Origin: Rubripirellula sp.
GTDB taxonomy: Bacteria > Planctomycetota > Planctomycetia > Pirellulales > Pirellulaceae
Assembly: GCA_965216875.1 (NCBI GenBank)
Contig: OZ244207.1
Coordinates: forward strand, 640,001 to 704,000
Length of the DNA stretch: 64,000 bases
Reading direction: 5' to 3'
Part shown: piece by piece, positions 8,904 through 17,934 of the stretch
Layout of the letters: every line of letters begins with the position of its first letter
How positions within the stretch are numbered: position 1 is the stretch's first letter
The notes under the pieces: generated by a model
What the model was told of the DNA's origin: nothing
Seen by the model: the letters and a program-made list of their open reading frames with translations, nothing else
Database searches by the model: none
Translations under genes and position numbers: made by a program

Positions 8904-10297
8904 TTCACTATTTGCAATGTGATCGCAGAGACTTTGCTCAACTGGTTTCCGCCAGAGCCCCCGTTGATGCAAAAGAAGTTGAGACGGCTGTTTTCTTGCG
9001 TGAGATAGAGCGTCGGAAACGCTCTCAAGATACTCTGACATTGGCTTGGCGAAACTCACCATCGACACGCTTTTCCTTACCAAGTTTCGTGGTCGTCGAT
9101 GAGGAGTCCCAGAGAGACTTTCACGCTTGGATTGCCACATACTTTCGCGATATCCAGCCGTTTTCTGCACAGTGTCGGGTACTTACACCAAGTTCTGCCA
9201 GATCGGTGATGGCAGCGTTGCCCATCGACGTGCATGCTCGCCTAGGAGCGGTTGATCTAGCTTTGGTCGTTGCCGAAGTTGCAACATATTCGGCGGGTAA
9301 ATTCGATTTGTCGAAGCTCTCTTTTCCCGCATATGAAAGATCGCTGTCGTTTGCGTTCTCACGAGCGTTGGAGCAATTTGGAGACTTCGATACGCCTAAT
9401 TCGCCCAGCCTGGGCGAGTTGGAGGCCTCTTGGATTAAGGCACGAGAATTGGCACGTGAGCCAGAGTTGTCACTTGAATCGAAAGCCATCACAGAGATTT
9501 GGCAGATCGTACTGAATGGCTTGCTCGTGTCACGCGTTCGCGGCCCGAGCGGAGGTCTGGAGTTTGTAAAAGCACTTCGGATGTTTCGCAAGAGTGGGCG
9601 ATTGCCACGGGGCTTGGTGAACAAATTGCCTTTGGATCTTTTTCCCGGCACACAGTCAACTCTTTTCGAGTTGAACGAACAGTCTAGGGAAAGTCGCGTA
9701 GTCGCATTCGAAGAGGCCGCGATTCACTTGTCTCGTACCACAATGTCGAAACGCACAAAGTCGTTTTTGCTGGGCTTTGTCGCTAGTCGAATCTCACCGG
9801 GAACCCTTAATCACATTTCCGTTCTTTACCCACACGTTGAGCGTTTTCGCGAGTGCCTATTCTGGTTCGGTGTATTTGCTGGACTCGAAAGCGACGCTGG
9901 CATCGCCGATTTTTCGAACGGACTAGGCTGGCTACTTCGAAGAGAGATAGGCCGCAGATCTTCTGTGTTTGACCGCCCGACATGCGATATCAGCATTGAG
10001 GATTTCGAAGTATCAATGATGGGAACAAGAACTAAGAGTCGCAACCTTCACGTGACATCAAACGGGATACTTAAGATTGAGATCTATCCGCTCGTGACAA
10101 CTAACGTAAGGTGGCCGCAAAGTCAGCAAGATATATCTGGCAGTCGAAACGCAACGCGGCACGGACAACTTTCGTCGATGGACGAGGAACGAGACGTCGT
10201 ACTGATGGAACTGCTGTCCAAGCTTGACGACAGCACCAGGCACATCGGCCATATCAGGAAGGATCTGGAGAAACTGATGCGGCGGAGAAAATCGTAG
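8900..10297 (+). CDS. Hypothetical protein (465 aa), probable C-terminal coiled coil
   Basis: Long ORF with ATGA overlap with the helicase stop; no recognisable motif. Confidence 0.75.
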   Translation: MIHYLQCDRRDFAQLVSARAPVDAKEVETAVFLREIERRKRSQDTLTLAWRNSPSTRFSLPSFVVVDEESQRDFHAWIATYFRDIQPFSAQCRVLTPSSARSVMAALPIDVHARLGAVDLALVVAEVATYSAGKFDLSKLSFPAYERSLSFAFSRALEQFGDFDTPNSPSLGELEASWIKARELAREPELSLESKAITEIWQIVLNGLLVSRVRGPSGGLEFVKALRMFRKSGRLPRGLVNKLPLDLFPGTQSTLFELNEQSRESRVVAFEEAAIHLSRTTMSKRTKSFLLGFVASRISPGTLNHISVLYPHVERFRECLFWFGVFAGLESDAGIADFSNGLGWLLRREIGRRSSVFDRPTCDISIEDFEVSMMGTRTKSRNLHVTSNGILKIEIYPLVTTNVRWPQSQQDISGSRNATRHGQLSSMDEERDVVLMELLSKLDDSTRHIGHIRKDLEKLMRRRKS

Positions 10298-10370
10298 GCT
10301 GTATTATCCACGGTTCGTATTTGCTTTTCTCTAGCCCGTCTGTTCAGTGGAACGGCGGTTCCCGGATTCC

Positions 10371-10690
10371 TTAGCCAAACGCTGAGAACTGATCCCCGAG
10401 GGGAAACTCTGGCGTTTCTGATGACCAGTACAGCATTGGTTCCGGCTCACGCGAAATCAGAACGTGGTAGTGTCGTATCGTTCCGTCCGAGGCGGATGTT
10501 GTCTTTGTCGATTGCAGATAGGTAAGCACGGTGTCGATGGGGACTCTGACAAAGCCAGCTGTACCGAGAATAAAGACAACGTCCGTGACTCCGGCCTCAT
10601 TCATCTGATCAACAATGCTTGGCTTTATGCCGAACCAGTAGTAGTTCTGCCTTTCATGCAGCTTCGAGTACTTGATGTGGACGAGAAGTC
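10371..10690 (-). pseudogene. 3' remnant of an unknown gene
   Basis: C-terminal ~105 aa of ORF 10371..11090 (HIKYSKLHERQNYYWFGI...) looks protein-like; the rest of that ORF is the antisense of the recombinase fragment. Confidence 0.45.
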
Positions 10691-11069
10691 CGAGTTGTTT
10701 AGCGTCAACGATTCGATTGACACACGCACGGCGGGCGGGCGTCTTGTGCTCAACGTGTTGTTCTCGGTCGCACAGTGGGAACGCGAAGCCATCGGAGAAC
10801 GCACACGCGACGCCCTGCGGCACAAGATCGACAACAGAGAGCGCGTCGGGAAAGTTCGATTCGGCTTCGATCTTGCGGACGATGGGCGAACGCTCGTCGA
10901 CAACCAAGCGGAGCAAGACGCGATAGCCTGGATGAAGACGCTGAGGGCGGACGGCTTCACGCTTCGACAGATTGCGGCAGCGTTGACCGATCGGGGCGTC
11001 GCAACGAAAGAGGGACGCAACGAGTGGACCCACACGGCGGTGAGCGGGATTCTGAAACGGGCAGCGTGA
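10691..11069 (+). pseudogene. 5'-truncated serine recombinase (resolvase family)
   Basis: SIDTRTAGGRLVLNVLFSVAQWEREAIGERTRDAL plus a C-terminal HTH; the catalytic YxRVS N-terminus is absent. Confidence 0.8.
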
Positions 11070-11344
11070 ATGCCCACACACCCGAACCAATCAAATCAGC
11101 CGACGTTGTGCAACGCCGTCCACGTGGTGACCAGGACTCGGGGGTGTGGGCGTTCCCGCGTCGCAGCGGGAATTATTCGAGCCCGATCACAAGTACCGAA
11201 TGAGACGGCACCCGGCACAAAATCGGGCTCCGGTGCGACCCGCTCGTCTCAAAAGTAGTCGCACCTGATTGCAATGAATGGGGCGGCAGGAAGGAGGGGC
11301 CTGCCGCCCCTGAGGACTTCCACAAAGTGAAGCCTCGCACGCTT

Positions 11345-11731
11345 CTACCATTGCTCCTCGTGTTGGATGCCCGATCGACTGCATACGCTAGACGGCGGCT
11401 CAGGGCCAAAGACCGCCTCAACCGTCGTGTATCCCTCCGCGAGTCGCTTGCCGATCGTTGCTGATTTCTGAGCAGTGAGCTTTGCCCAGCGATGGATGGG
11501 CATCGCGTGTTCGCCAATCCGTAGGTTGATCCCGGACGTTGGTCGAACCCCGGGTCGCTCCTTTCCGAAGACTACGTCGGCCCCGGTATAGCCTGCTCTG
11601 AGTCGTTCGCGGATTGCAGGCGTGCGAAGGCGGAAGATACGGGCCCATTTGGACAGGGACAGGGCTAGCGATCCGATTCGGACGATGGGGTCTGCTGCGT
11701 TTGGGGCTCGTGCGGTGTCGCTGTCGTTCAT
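11345..11731 (-). CDS. Small protein with two phage HNH-associated HTH-like repeats
   Basis: LSLSKWARIFRLRTPAIRERLRAGY and MPIHRWAKLTAQKSATIGKRLAEGY. Confidence 0.7.
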   Translation of the reverse strand: MNDSDTARAPNAADPIVRIGSLALSLSKWARIFRLRTPAIRERLRAGYTGADVVFGKERPGVRPTSGINLRIGEHAMPIHRWAKLTAQKSATIGKRLAEGYTTVEAVFGPEPPSSVCSRSGIQHEEQW

Positions 11732-12030
11732 AACTCCATCCGCCTCTTCCCTAGCACAACTTCGTCGTCTGCCCAGCCTCGTGCGTGTCGCTTTCGCAAG
11801 GTCGAATCACTCTGACCCGTCAAGCGAGCCCAATCACTAATGGTTCGGGTTTGACCTTCGACCGTGAGCGTGATTCCGGTGACCCGTGACCCGGCAACAA
11901 TCTCGTCACCAGTCCAACCGCACTCATGTCTTGCCCGAATCGTTTTCTCAGCGGTGCCGGTCGCTTCGTGGATTTGCCGAACGGTGTAGGCTCGCCCCTT
12001 GAAGAAGATACATGCGTTGGCTTGCTTCAT
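11728..12030 (-). CDS. Small protein with two HTH-like repeats
   Basis: FKGRAYTVRQIHEATG...RHECGW and VEGQTRTISDWARLTG...RHARGW; overlaps both neighbours. Confidence 0.72.
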   Translation of the reverse strand: MKQANACIFFKGRAYTVRQIHEATGTAEKTIRARHECGWTGDEIVAGSRVTGITLTVEGQTRTISDWARLTGQSDSTLRKRHARGWADDEVVLGKRRMEL

Positions 12031-12227
12031 CAGTTGCTCCGGTTGCTTGGCGTATTGCGTACAGTTCGTTTGAAATTGGGGTCGATGATGTTCTCGTCAG
12101 GCCATCCGTTACTGAGGCGTTCGTGGAGTGTCGCGTGCGGGACTCCCAATTCGCTTGCCCACTCGGCAAGTGTTTGTGTCTTGCCCTTCGCTGTAATCAG
12201 GTAAGGCTTCTTGCGATACGGCAGCAT
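12030..12227 (-). CDS. Small protein with one HTH-like repeat
   Basis: ITAKGKTQTLAEWASELGVPHATLHERLSNGW. Confidence 0.7.
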   Translation of the reverse strand: MLPYRKKPYLITAKGKTQTLAEWASELGVPHATLHERLSNGWPDENIIDPNFKRTVRNTPSNRSN

Positions 12228-12230
12228 GGA

Positions 12231-12737
12231 TTACAGTCCCCAACTCTCACGACGAATGCCGCGAATCTTGCCAGCTTTGCGAGCTTCGAAATATTCGGTG
12301 TCAGACATATTGAGCGTCTCTTCCGGGGCGATCGTACGCTCCCTCTGGATCAACTGCTCACGCAGCTGTCGCACTTCGGCGGCAACGTCGTGGTCGGTCT
12401 TTCCGGTCAGCATGTCGGTGACGTCTGCCGTGTCGTTACCGAAAGCGGTGTCACGGGCTGCCTTCTCGGCGGCTTCCCTCGCCTCCAACTCAGAGGCACC
12501 TCCAGCGAGGGAAGTTGCACGGGCATCCTCGTAGGCTTTCGCGGTCTTGGAGTCGGCGAAGAAAGCGTGCTTGTCTTCCTCCCGCGTCACAGACTCCGCG
12601 TGCTCCGCAACCTTCTCGTCTTCGACTTGTGCGGCAGCCTTCGCCTTTTGCTCGGCTTGGTAATGGGCATAACGCTCGCGACGTGCGGCGTCTTGCGGGT
12701 TTACGTTATTGTTCGGAAAGCTCACTGCTGTCTCCAA
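12231..12737 (-). CDS. Hypothetical alpha-helical protein
   Basis: 168-aa Ala/Glu-rich ORF heading the tightly packed minus-strand operon. Confidence 0.6.
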   Translation of the reverse strand: METAVSFPNNNVNPQDAARRERYAHYQAEQKAKAAAQVEDEKVAEHAESVTREEDKHAFFADSKTAKAYEDARATSLAGGASELEAREAAEKAARDTAFGNDTADVTDMLTGKTDHDVAAEVRQLREQLIQRERTIAPEETLNMSDTEYFEARKAGKIRGIRRESWGL

Positions 12738-13050
12738 GGTTTGTTATCTGGCACAGCGTTCGCCACTCAAGCATGGTGCGTGCCTCTCAAACCAATACTG
12801 TCCAGCAAGGGCCGGCAGATCCCGAAATTCTTGGCATTTCGCCGGAATAGTCACAACCGAATGCGTGGTACGAATTGGACTCCGTGTGCTATTCGGTATC
12901 TCGCGGCTCGGGGAGAACTGAAGCCCGACGCGGGAGCATGCGACAAGCCATGCGCCTGCGGAGAGGGTGAACGCAAATCGGCCATTCGGAGGTAGGCTGG
13001 GCAGAAGCCAGCCAATAGTCAGGTAGGGGGCCGGTCTTCGGCCAGATCCA

Positions 13051-13151
13051 ACTTAATTGCGTAGAGTATTTCTCTAATCTATATAGGAAAGAAATTCAGT
13101 AAGTAAATGAATAGATAGAGGCTGGTTGCGAAATGCTCGACGCAATTAAGT
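13051..13151. promoter_or_regulatory. 22-bp imperfect inverted repeats flanking an AT-rich core (putative ori or regulatory site)
   Basis: acttaattgcgtagagtatttc (13051-13072) versus the reverse complement of 13130-13151 (acttaattgcgtcgagcatttc): 20/22 identical. Confidence 0.6.
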
Positions 13152-13760
13152 CAGGAGATGTTCTTCGCCCTGTCGGCGGCTAACAGTCCCGCACCCCGCC
13201 TGCAAGTTGCGATTGTCGCGCCCCATTCGTTTGACCTTGATCGCAGGGAATCAACCTCTGATCTTGCCTAGTCGGACCAGTCCTCTTCTGGCCGCCTGTG
13301 CCGCTCGCTAGCGGTGCTTCGGGGCTTTGGCTAACTTTCACAGTGCACGCGACAGGGTCGATCAGCGAGTCGCAAAGGGCCTCAGATGAAGCGGGTTTAT
13401 TTGGACAAAATTCCGAGATTTCCAGCCATTTGCTACCGCAAACCTTACAAGTTAATAGTAGCCAGGAGTCGCTCACCCTATCGAAGCCCACCCGTCAAGG
13501 TTGGCCCACGATAGATCTTGAGTCTTCAGGCATACTTGAATCGGGCATGAAGGATTGCCCTTGCTAATAAGCCACCGACAGGTGGCGAATGAGAGTTCTA
13601 AGCCAACTGGTACGCCAAGCCACGCGGTTGAAGCTCGGCCCGCCACGGTCGGTGGGTAGCAATGAAGGCACTGCATTCTTGCGGTGGAGCGTCGTGCTCC
13701 GACCCGAGCGAAAGCTCGGTTACGTCCTTCCCATTTCTCCAAACCGATATGGAGGAAACA

Positions 13761-14213
13761 ATGTCCAATTCACACACCATCAAGAGCACTCGGACCCCCG
13801 GTGATCTTGGCGATGCTGTCTCTGACGGCGTACCGGGGGTCTGTCTTTCTTTCGAGGGCAAGCGGCAACTCAAGTCCGACTTGGCAGCACTCGATGCCAA
13901 GTACCGTAAGATTGGTTTCAAGCACTGCAAGAGCTGCGGTAATTCGTTCCCGGCTTCTGAGTTCTTTAACTCCGACCGAAGCAGGTCAGACGGATTCAAT
14001 CGCGAGTGCAAGAGCTGCATCCGCAAACGCCGCCTACTCAAGAAGGAGCAGGGAACATCTCGCAAGGATGCCGGTGTGACGTACATCCCCGGAAAGAAAT
14101 GGTGCCGAGGTTGCGAGAAACAGCTACCGCTACGGGAGTTCGAGAAGAGCAATGGCTCGCGGGATGGGTTAAAGGTCCGCTGTATCGCCTGTAATCAGGA
14201 GCGGTACCGATGA
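13761..14213 (+). CDS. Protein with two CxxC...CxxC zinc-binding repeats (phage HNH/EndoVII N-terminal-like)
   Basis: HCKSC..EF..DGFNRECKSC and WCRGC..EF..DGLKVRCIAC; GGAGGA RBS before ATG 13761. Confidence 0.7.
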   Translation: MSNSHTIKSTRTPGDLGDAVSDGVPGVCLSFEGKRQLKSDLAALDAKYRKIGFKHCKSCGNSFPASEFFNSDRSRSDGFNRECKSCIRKRRLLKKEQGTSRKDAGVTYIPGKKWCRGCEKQLPLREFEKSNGSRDGLKVRCIACNQERYR

Positions 14214-14668
14214 TTGAACTGAAGGTTCAGATGATGCTCCAATTCTCGTACCGCTCATTCTTTGAAGAGAAGGTCTACCCGTCGTTCGGTAGCTTGCCGA
14301 GTAGGCATCAGCTTCGCAAGCACTTCGACAGTGATGAAGACTACGAGGCGTTCGCCTTGGAGTTCATTCGTGGCTATGAGCGGTGGCGAGTTCGACATAA
14401 GCCAGAGCGAGACGGCGACAAGAATTTCTTGGCGAGCCTGATTCTCAAAGCATTGGACTGTCAGGCTACCTCGGATCAAATCCGAGCAAGGGCGAAGCCG
14501 AAGTTCGCGAAACGCAGTCGCGAGCTGGTCGAGCACGATGGTCGAAAGCAGACCGTAACGCAATGGGCAAGCGAGTTTGGAGTGGCACCGTCCACCATTT
14601 CCAGACGGTACAGAAAGACCGGGCGGATTACCTCGAATAAGCAACAAGAGGAGGGGCAACAACAATGA
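14210..14668 (+). CDS. Hypothetical protein with a C-terminal HTH-like repeat
   Basis: VEHDGRKQTVTQWASEFGVAPSTISRRY; ATGA overlap with the upstream gene. Confidence 0.65.
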   Translation: MIELKVQMMLQFSYRSFFEEKVYPSFGSLPSRHQLRKHFDSDEDYEAFALEFIRGYERWRVRHKPERDGDKNFLASLILKALDCQATSDQIRARAKPKFAKRSRELVEHDGRKQTVTQWASEFGVAPSTISRRYRKTGRITSNKQQEEGQQQ

Positions 14669-14810
14669 AGACGATGCTGCAGGAGATCCATGTCAAGCTA
14701 TTTGCCTCCATTCCAAAGACGCTTGGGTCAGACAGCCGCTGCCTCAGCCTGTGTCTGGGTGAGCGGCTGTGTCGTTCGTCGTACGGCCGAAACGGATATG
14801 GGGTGCCTCA

Positions 14811-15050
14811 ATGATCTCACTCGATACTGATGGACTTGCCGACCTAATCGCTGATCGTGTAGCGGAACGACTCGCACCGGAACCCGTGTTCCTGAGTGCG
14901 GACCAACTAGCGACACGAGTCGGTCTCGGTGTGGCAACTGTGCGGAAGTTGTCACGTCGAGGTGACATTCCGACAATCATGATTGGACGTAGAAGACTCT
15001 TTGATTTGCAACGTGTAAGGGAGGCATTGGCTGATGGGCTTACGACTTGA
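14811..15050 (+). CDS. Excisionase-like HTH protein
   Basis: FLSADQLATRVGLGVATVRKLSRRGDIPTIMIGRRRLFD, immediately upstream of and overlapping int. Confidence 0.8.
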   Translation: MISLDTDGLADLIADRVAERLAPEPVFLSADQLATRVGLGVATVRKLSRRGDIPTIMIGRRRLFDLQRVREALADGLTT

Positions 15051-16239
15051 GAAATACAAGGGACGATCTGGTTACCGATACCAATTCACGGTCGGCGGTG
15101 TGCGGCGCTCGCTTTGGTTGGGCAAGGTGCCACGTCGAACAGCCGAAGAGATTGCCCGCAACGTCGACCGCCTCGCACTTGCTTGCGAGACGCAGACACA
15201 ACCACCTGTAGACGTTCAGCAGTGGGCGGTGAAAGTGTCCGGTAGACTTCGAGAAACGCTAGAGAAGTGGCAACTGATCGAGCCGTCGGTCGTATCGGCT
15301 CGTACACTAGCCGACTTCGCGTCAGCGTATATTGCCACGAAAACGGACGTGAAGGAGGCAACTCGCGAGAAGTACGGTCATACCAAGCGGATGTTGGTTA
15401 ACCACTTCGGACCGGATCGCACCATCGCGTCGATCACCAAGGCAGATTGTCAGCTGTGGTACCGATCGATGCTCCAGACGCACGCGGAGACCACGGCGGG
15501 CAAGCACGTGACCAGGGCACGCACCATCTTCCGATTTGCGGTCGATGGCAACATGATCTCCAGCAATCCATTGGATGGAATCAAGGTCAGCGACCAGATT
15601 GACCGCGACCGCGAGCACTACGTCACCCGAGACGATGCCGCCCGTATCCTCGAACACTGTGATCCCGAGCAAGGCGTCGCCTTTGCACTCGCTCGATTCG
15701 CCGGTCTCAGACCGTGTGAGTTGCTTAGGCTCACCTGGAGCGATATTCGCGAGGATCGGATTCGCGTTGATTCAGTCAAGACAGGTCTGCGTTGGATGAG
15801 ACTGGAACCGGACGTACGGAAGCAACTCGATCGGCTTCCTCTGCGTGAGGGTCGAATCCTCCGGCGTTGGTCGCCCGATGCGAATCTTGCAACCAATCTC
15901 AAGCGAGTCATCGAGCGAGCAAATGTGAAGCCATGGCCGAAGATGTTCGTCAACTGCCGAGCGTCGTGCAGGGGTGACTTGGAAGACCGGTTCCCTTCAT
16001 GGGTCTGCGACCTGCTGATGGGTCATTCGCAAGAGGTTGCGGACAAGCACTATCGCCGACTGCACGATGAGTATTTCGTGGTGCAACAGCCGGTGCGTCG
16101 TGCACCACTACCTAGTGATACTGAGGGATCGTGGTGCGAAGACCAGCCCGCAAATAGCGGTGCGGGCCTTGTTTCAGCTCCCCCGACAGGACTCGAACCT
16201 GTGACAAGGCGGTTAACAGCCGCCTGCTCTACCAACTGA
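15034..16239 (+). CDS. Tyrosine recombinase / phage integrase
   Basis: AGLRPCELLRL (R), KTG (K), NCRASCR, MGHS and HY motifs; the 3' end runs antisense through the tRNA. Confidence 0.92.
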   Translation: MGLRLEKYKGRSGYRYQFTVGGVRRSLWLGKVPRRTAEEIARNVDRLALACETQTQPPVDVQQWAVKVSGRLRETLEKWQLIEPSVVSARTLADFASAYIATKTDVKEATREKYGHTKRMLVNHFGPDRTIASITKADCQLWYRSMLQTHAETTAGKHVTRARTIFRFAVDGNMISSNPLDGIKVSDQIDRDREHYVTRDDAARILEHCDPEQGVAFALARFAGLRPCELLRLTWSDIREDRIRVDSVKTGLRWMRLEPDVRKQLDRLPLREGRILRRWSPDANLATNLKRVIERANVKPWPKMFVNCRASCRGDLEDRFPSWVCDLLMGHSQEVADKHYRRLHDEYFVVQQPVRRAPLPSDTEGSWCEDQPANSGAGLVSAPPTGLEPVTRRLTAACSTN

Positions 16240-16250
16240 GCTACAGGGGA
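16178..16250 (-). tRNA. tRNA-Asn (GTT)
   Basis: Reverse complement is TCCCCTGTAGCTCAGTTGGTAGAGCAGGCGGCTGTTAACCGCCTTGTCACAGGTTCGAGTCCTGTCGGGGGAG: cloverleaf, GTT anticodon, TTCGA T-loop; CCA not encoded. Confidence 0.97.
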
Positions 16251-16410
16251 TTGGGTTCCCCGCGATTTCATCGCTGAAGAAGGGGGGAATGTACTTGAGC
16301 TTGCCGTCCGTCGCAAGGTGCGTTTTCAACGCTCAACCGCTCAAGTTTTTCCAGTCTAGCTTACGCTTTTCAAAGACAGCCCAATTTCAGCTGAGGTTCG
16401 CGGTGACCTC

Positions 16411-16791
16411 CTAGCTGACCGCAGCGTCCTCCGGCATCTCTACCGGCGACAGCAGCTCGAACATTCGCTCCAACCGCGTCAGCTTGAACACGTCTCGAAC
16501 ACTCGATTGGACGTTCGACAGTACCAGCCGGACGCCTTGATTGCGGGCCTTGCGGTTGATCCCAATCAACTCGTTCAATCCCACACTGCCGAGCCAGGCG
16601 ATTTCGCGGAAATCAAGATTCAGCGTTTCGAAGTCGACGATTCCGCCCCCATGATCACTCCCCTCGATCAAATCCCCCAGGTGTCGGCCAACTTCTTGGC
16701 ACGATGACATGTCGACAAAATCGTCCGGCGAAAACGTCACCGTCTTCTCCGCACCATCGACACGCACCCGGAATATCTCGGCGTGACTCAT
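16411..16791 (-). CDS. STAS-domain anti-sigma factor antagonist
   Basis: LDFREIAWLGSVGLNELI...VRDVFKLTRLERMF. Confidence 0.85.
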   Translation of the reverse strand: MSHAEIFRVRVDGAEKTVTFSPDDFVDMSSCQEVGRHLGDLIEGSDHGGGIVDFETLNLDFREIAWLGSVGLNELIGINRKARNQGVRLVLSNVQSSVRDVFKLTRLERMFELLSPVEMPEDAAVS

Positions 16792-16979
16792 GAATCTTCA
16801 GCTACCTAGCTATCGCTCTGGAAGTACATCCGTGTTGCTATCACTACTTCTCGCAGCCTACAGGCCGATTTCGCCGATCGCAACGTTTCACCCCCGCCAG
16901 AACACCCTTTTTCGGGGACTGTTTTCGCTAAGGGCGGAATAGTTTCCGGAATCGGCAAGGTTACGCGCGGGGAAGGGGG

Positions 16980-17300
16980 GAACCACGAATCACTCGAATT
17001 ACGCGAATGGTTCGGGAACGTGGTGGAGGGACAACCACGGATTGCTCGGATCGATCGGATGAGAGATGGAGTGGGAGGAATGAGGGGAACCACGAATCAC
17101 TCGAATTGCACGAATGGGACTCGAGGGCGTGGTGATGGAGGAGGAGATGTGGAGGTGGGATGCCGCGGAGCGGCAGGGAGGTGTTCCCACGGGGGACCGT
17201 GGGAACGAGGTGGGGTGAGATGTGGAGGAGAGATGTGGAGGAGAGATGGCCGCGGAGCGGCAGGGAGGTGTTCCCATGGGGACCGTGGGAACGAGGTGGG
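16980..17300. repeat. REP-like intergenic repeats
   Basis: aaccacgaatcactcgaatt x2 and gccgcggagcggcagggaggtgttccca..gggaccgtgggaacgag x2. Confidence 0.75.
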
Positions 17301-17310
17301 TGGCGGTTGG

Positions 17311-17934
17311 TTAGTTGCTGTTGGATCGTTGGGCAGTCTTGATCACGAACAGGTTCTGGTCGAAGAATTCCGTGACGACTCCTGAGACGGTCCATTTGTC
17401 GTCCGATGGGTCATCACGAATCGCCTCAACGACTCTCTGAAGCATCAGGTTTTCACAAACGAGCAACTGCGATGTGAGTCGATTGCCGAGCACCAAGTCG
17501 GCTTGCGGGTCGATCGGTCGCGCCGCGGCGCTCGATCCAGTGAAGAGATTGTTCGTTTGGTTCGCCGTTTCCGGTGGCGCCGCTTTTGCCGATTCAACGG
17601 AAGCTGGCAGGAAGGCCCAGCGACGTCCGATCATGACGACGCGACCTGCTGTCGGTGGCACAAGCGTTCCTTCACGAAGCTGCTTGACCTTCTTCTCTTC
17701 GTCGTCGTCATCTTTGTTCAACCGAGCCGGCTCCTCCTCTTCGACATCAAACGAAGAGGATCCGAACCCGTTGCCGCCGCGATCGAACGGATCTGACGCG
17801 ACCAATGGATCGGTCAGCAACAATGGCGACAGAAAGGTCAAGGTCGCGCAAGCTGCGATCAGCATGCGAAGGTTGGTCGTTGAATAACGCATCGGTGCTT
17901 TTGCCCAAACGATCAAGAGCGGCAGTAACAACAT
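17311..17934 (-). CDS. Hypothetical exported protein
   Basis: Signal-peptide-like N-terminus, host-like coding pattern. Confidence 0.65.
   Translation of the reverse strand: MLLLPLLIVWAKAPMRYSTTNLRMLIAACATLTFLSPLLLTDPLVASDPFDRGGNGFGSSSFDVEEEEPARLNKDDDDEEKKVKQLREGTLVPPTAGRVVMIGRRWAFLPASVESAKAAPPETANQTNNLFTGSSAAARPIDPQADLVLGNRLTSQLLVCENLMLQRVVEAIRDDPSDDKWTVSGVVTEFFDQNLFVIKTAQRSNSN

Larger units (their letters stand above)
5283..16190. mobile_element. ~10.9-kb integrative element inserted at tRNA-Asn
   Basis: 15-bp direct repeats matching the tRNA 3' end, xis and tyrosine integrase at the tRNA end, phage-like small genes and defence-like cargo. Confidence 0.88.

Noticed and set aside
10464..11090. 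Full-length ORFs 10464..11069 (+) and 10371..11090 (-)
   Set aside because: Each is half real gene remnant and half antisense of the other.
12012..12995. 327-aa plus-strand ORF
   Set aside because: Antisense shadow of the minus-strand small-gene operon; no motifs.
5283..16190. Complete prophage or conjugative ICE
   Set aside because: No terminase, capsid, tail, relaxase or T4SS genes are recognisable.
16806..17395. Several overlapping ORFs, similarly at 18411-19067 and 19257-19935
   Set aside because: They translate REP and low-complexity repeats.
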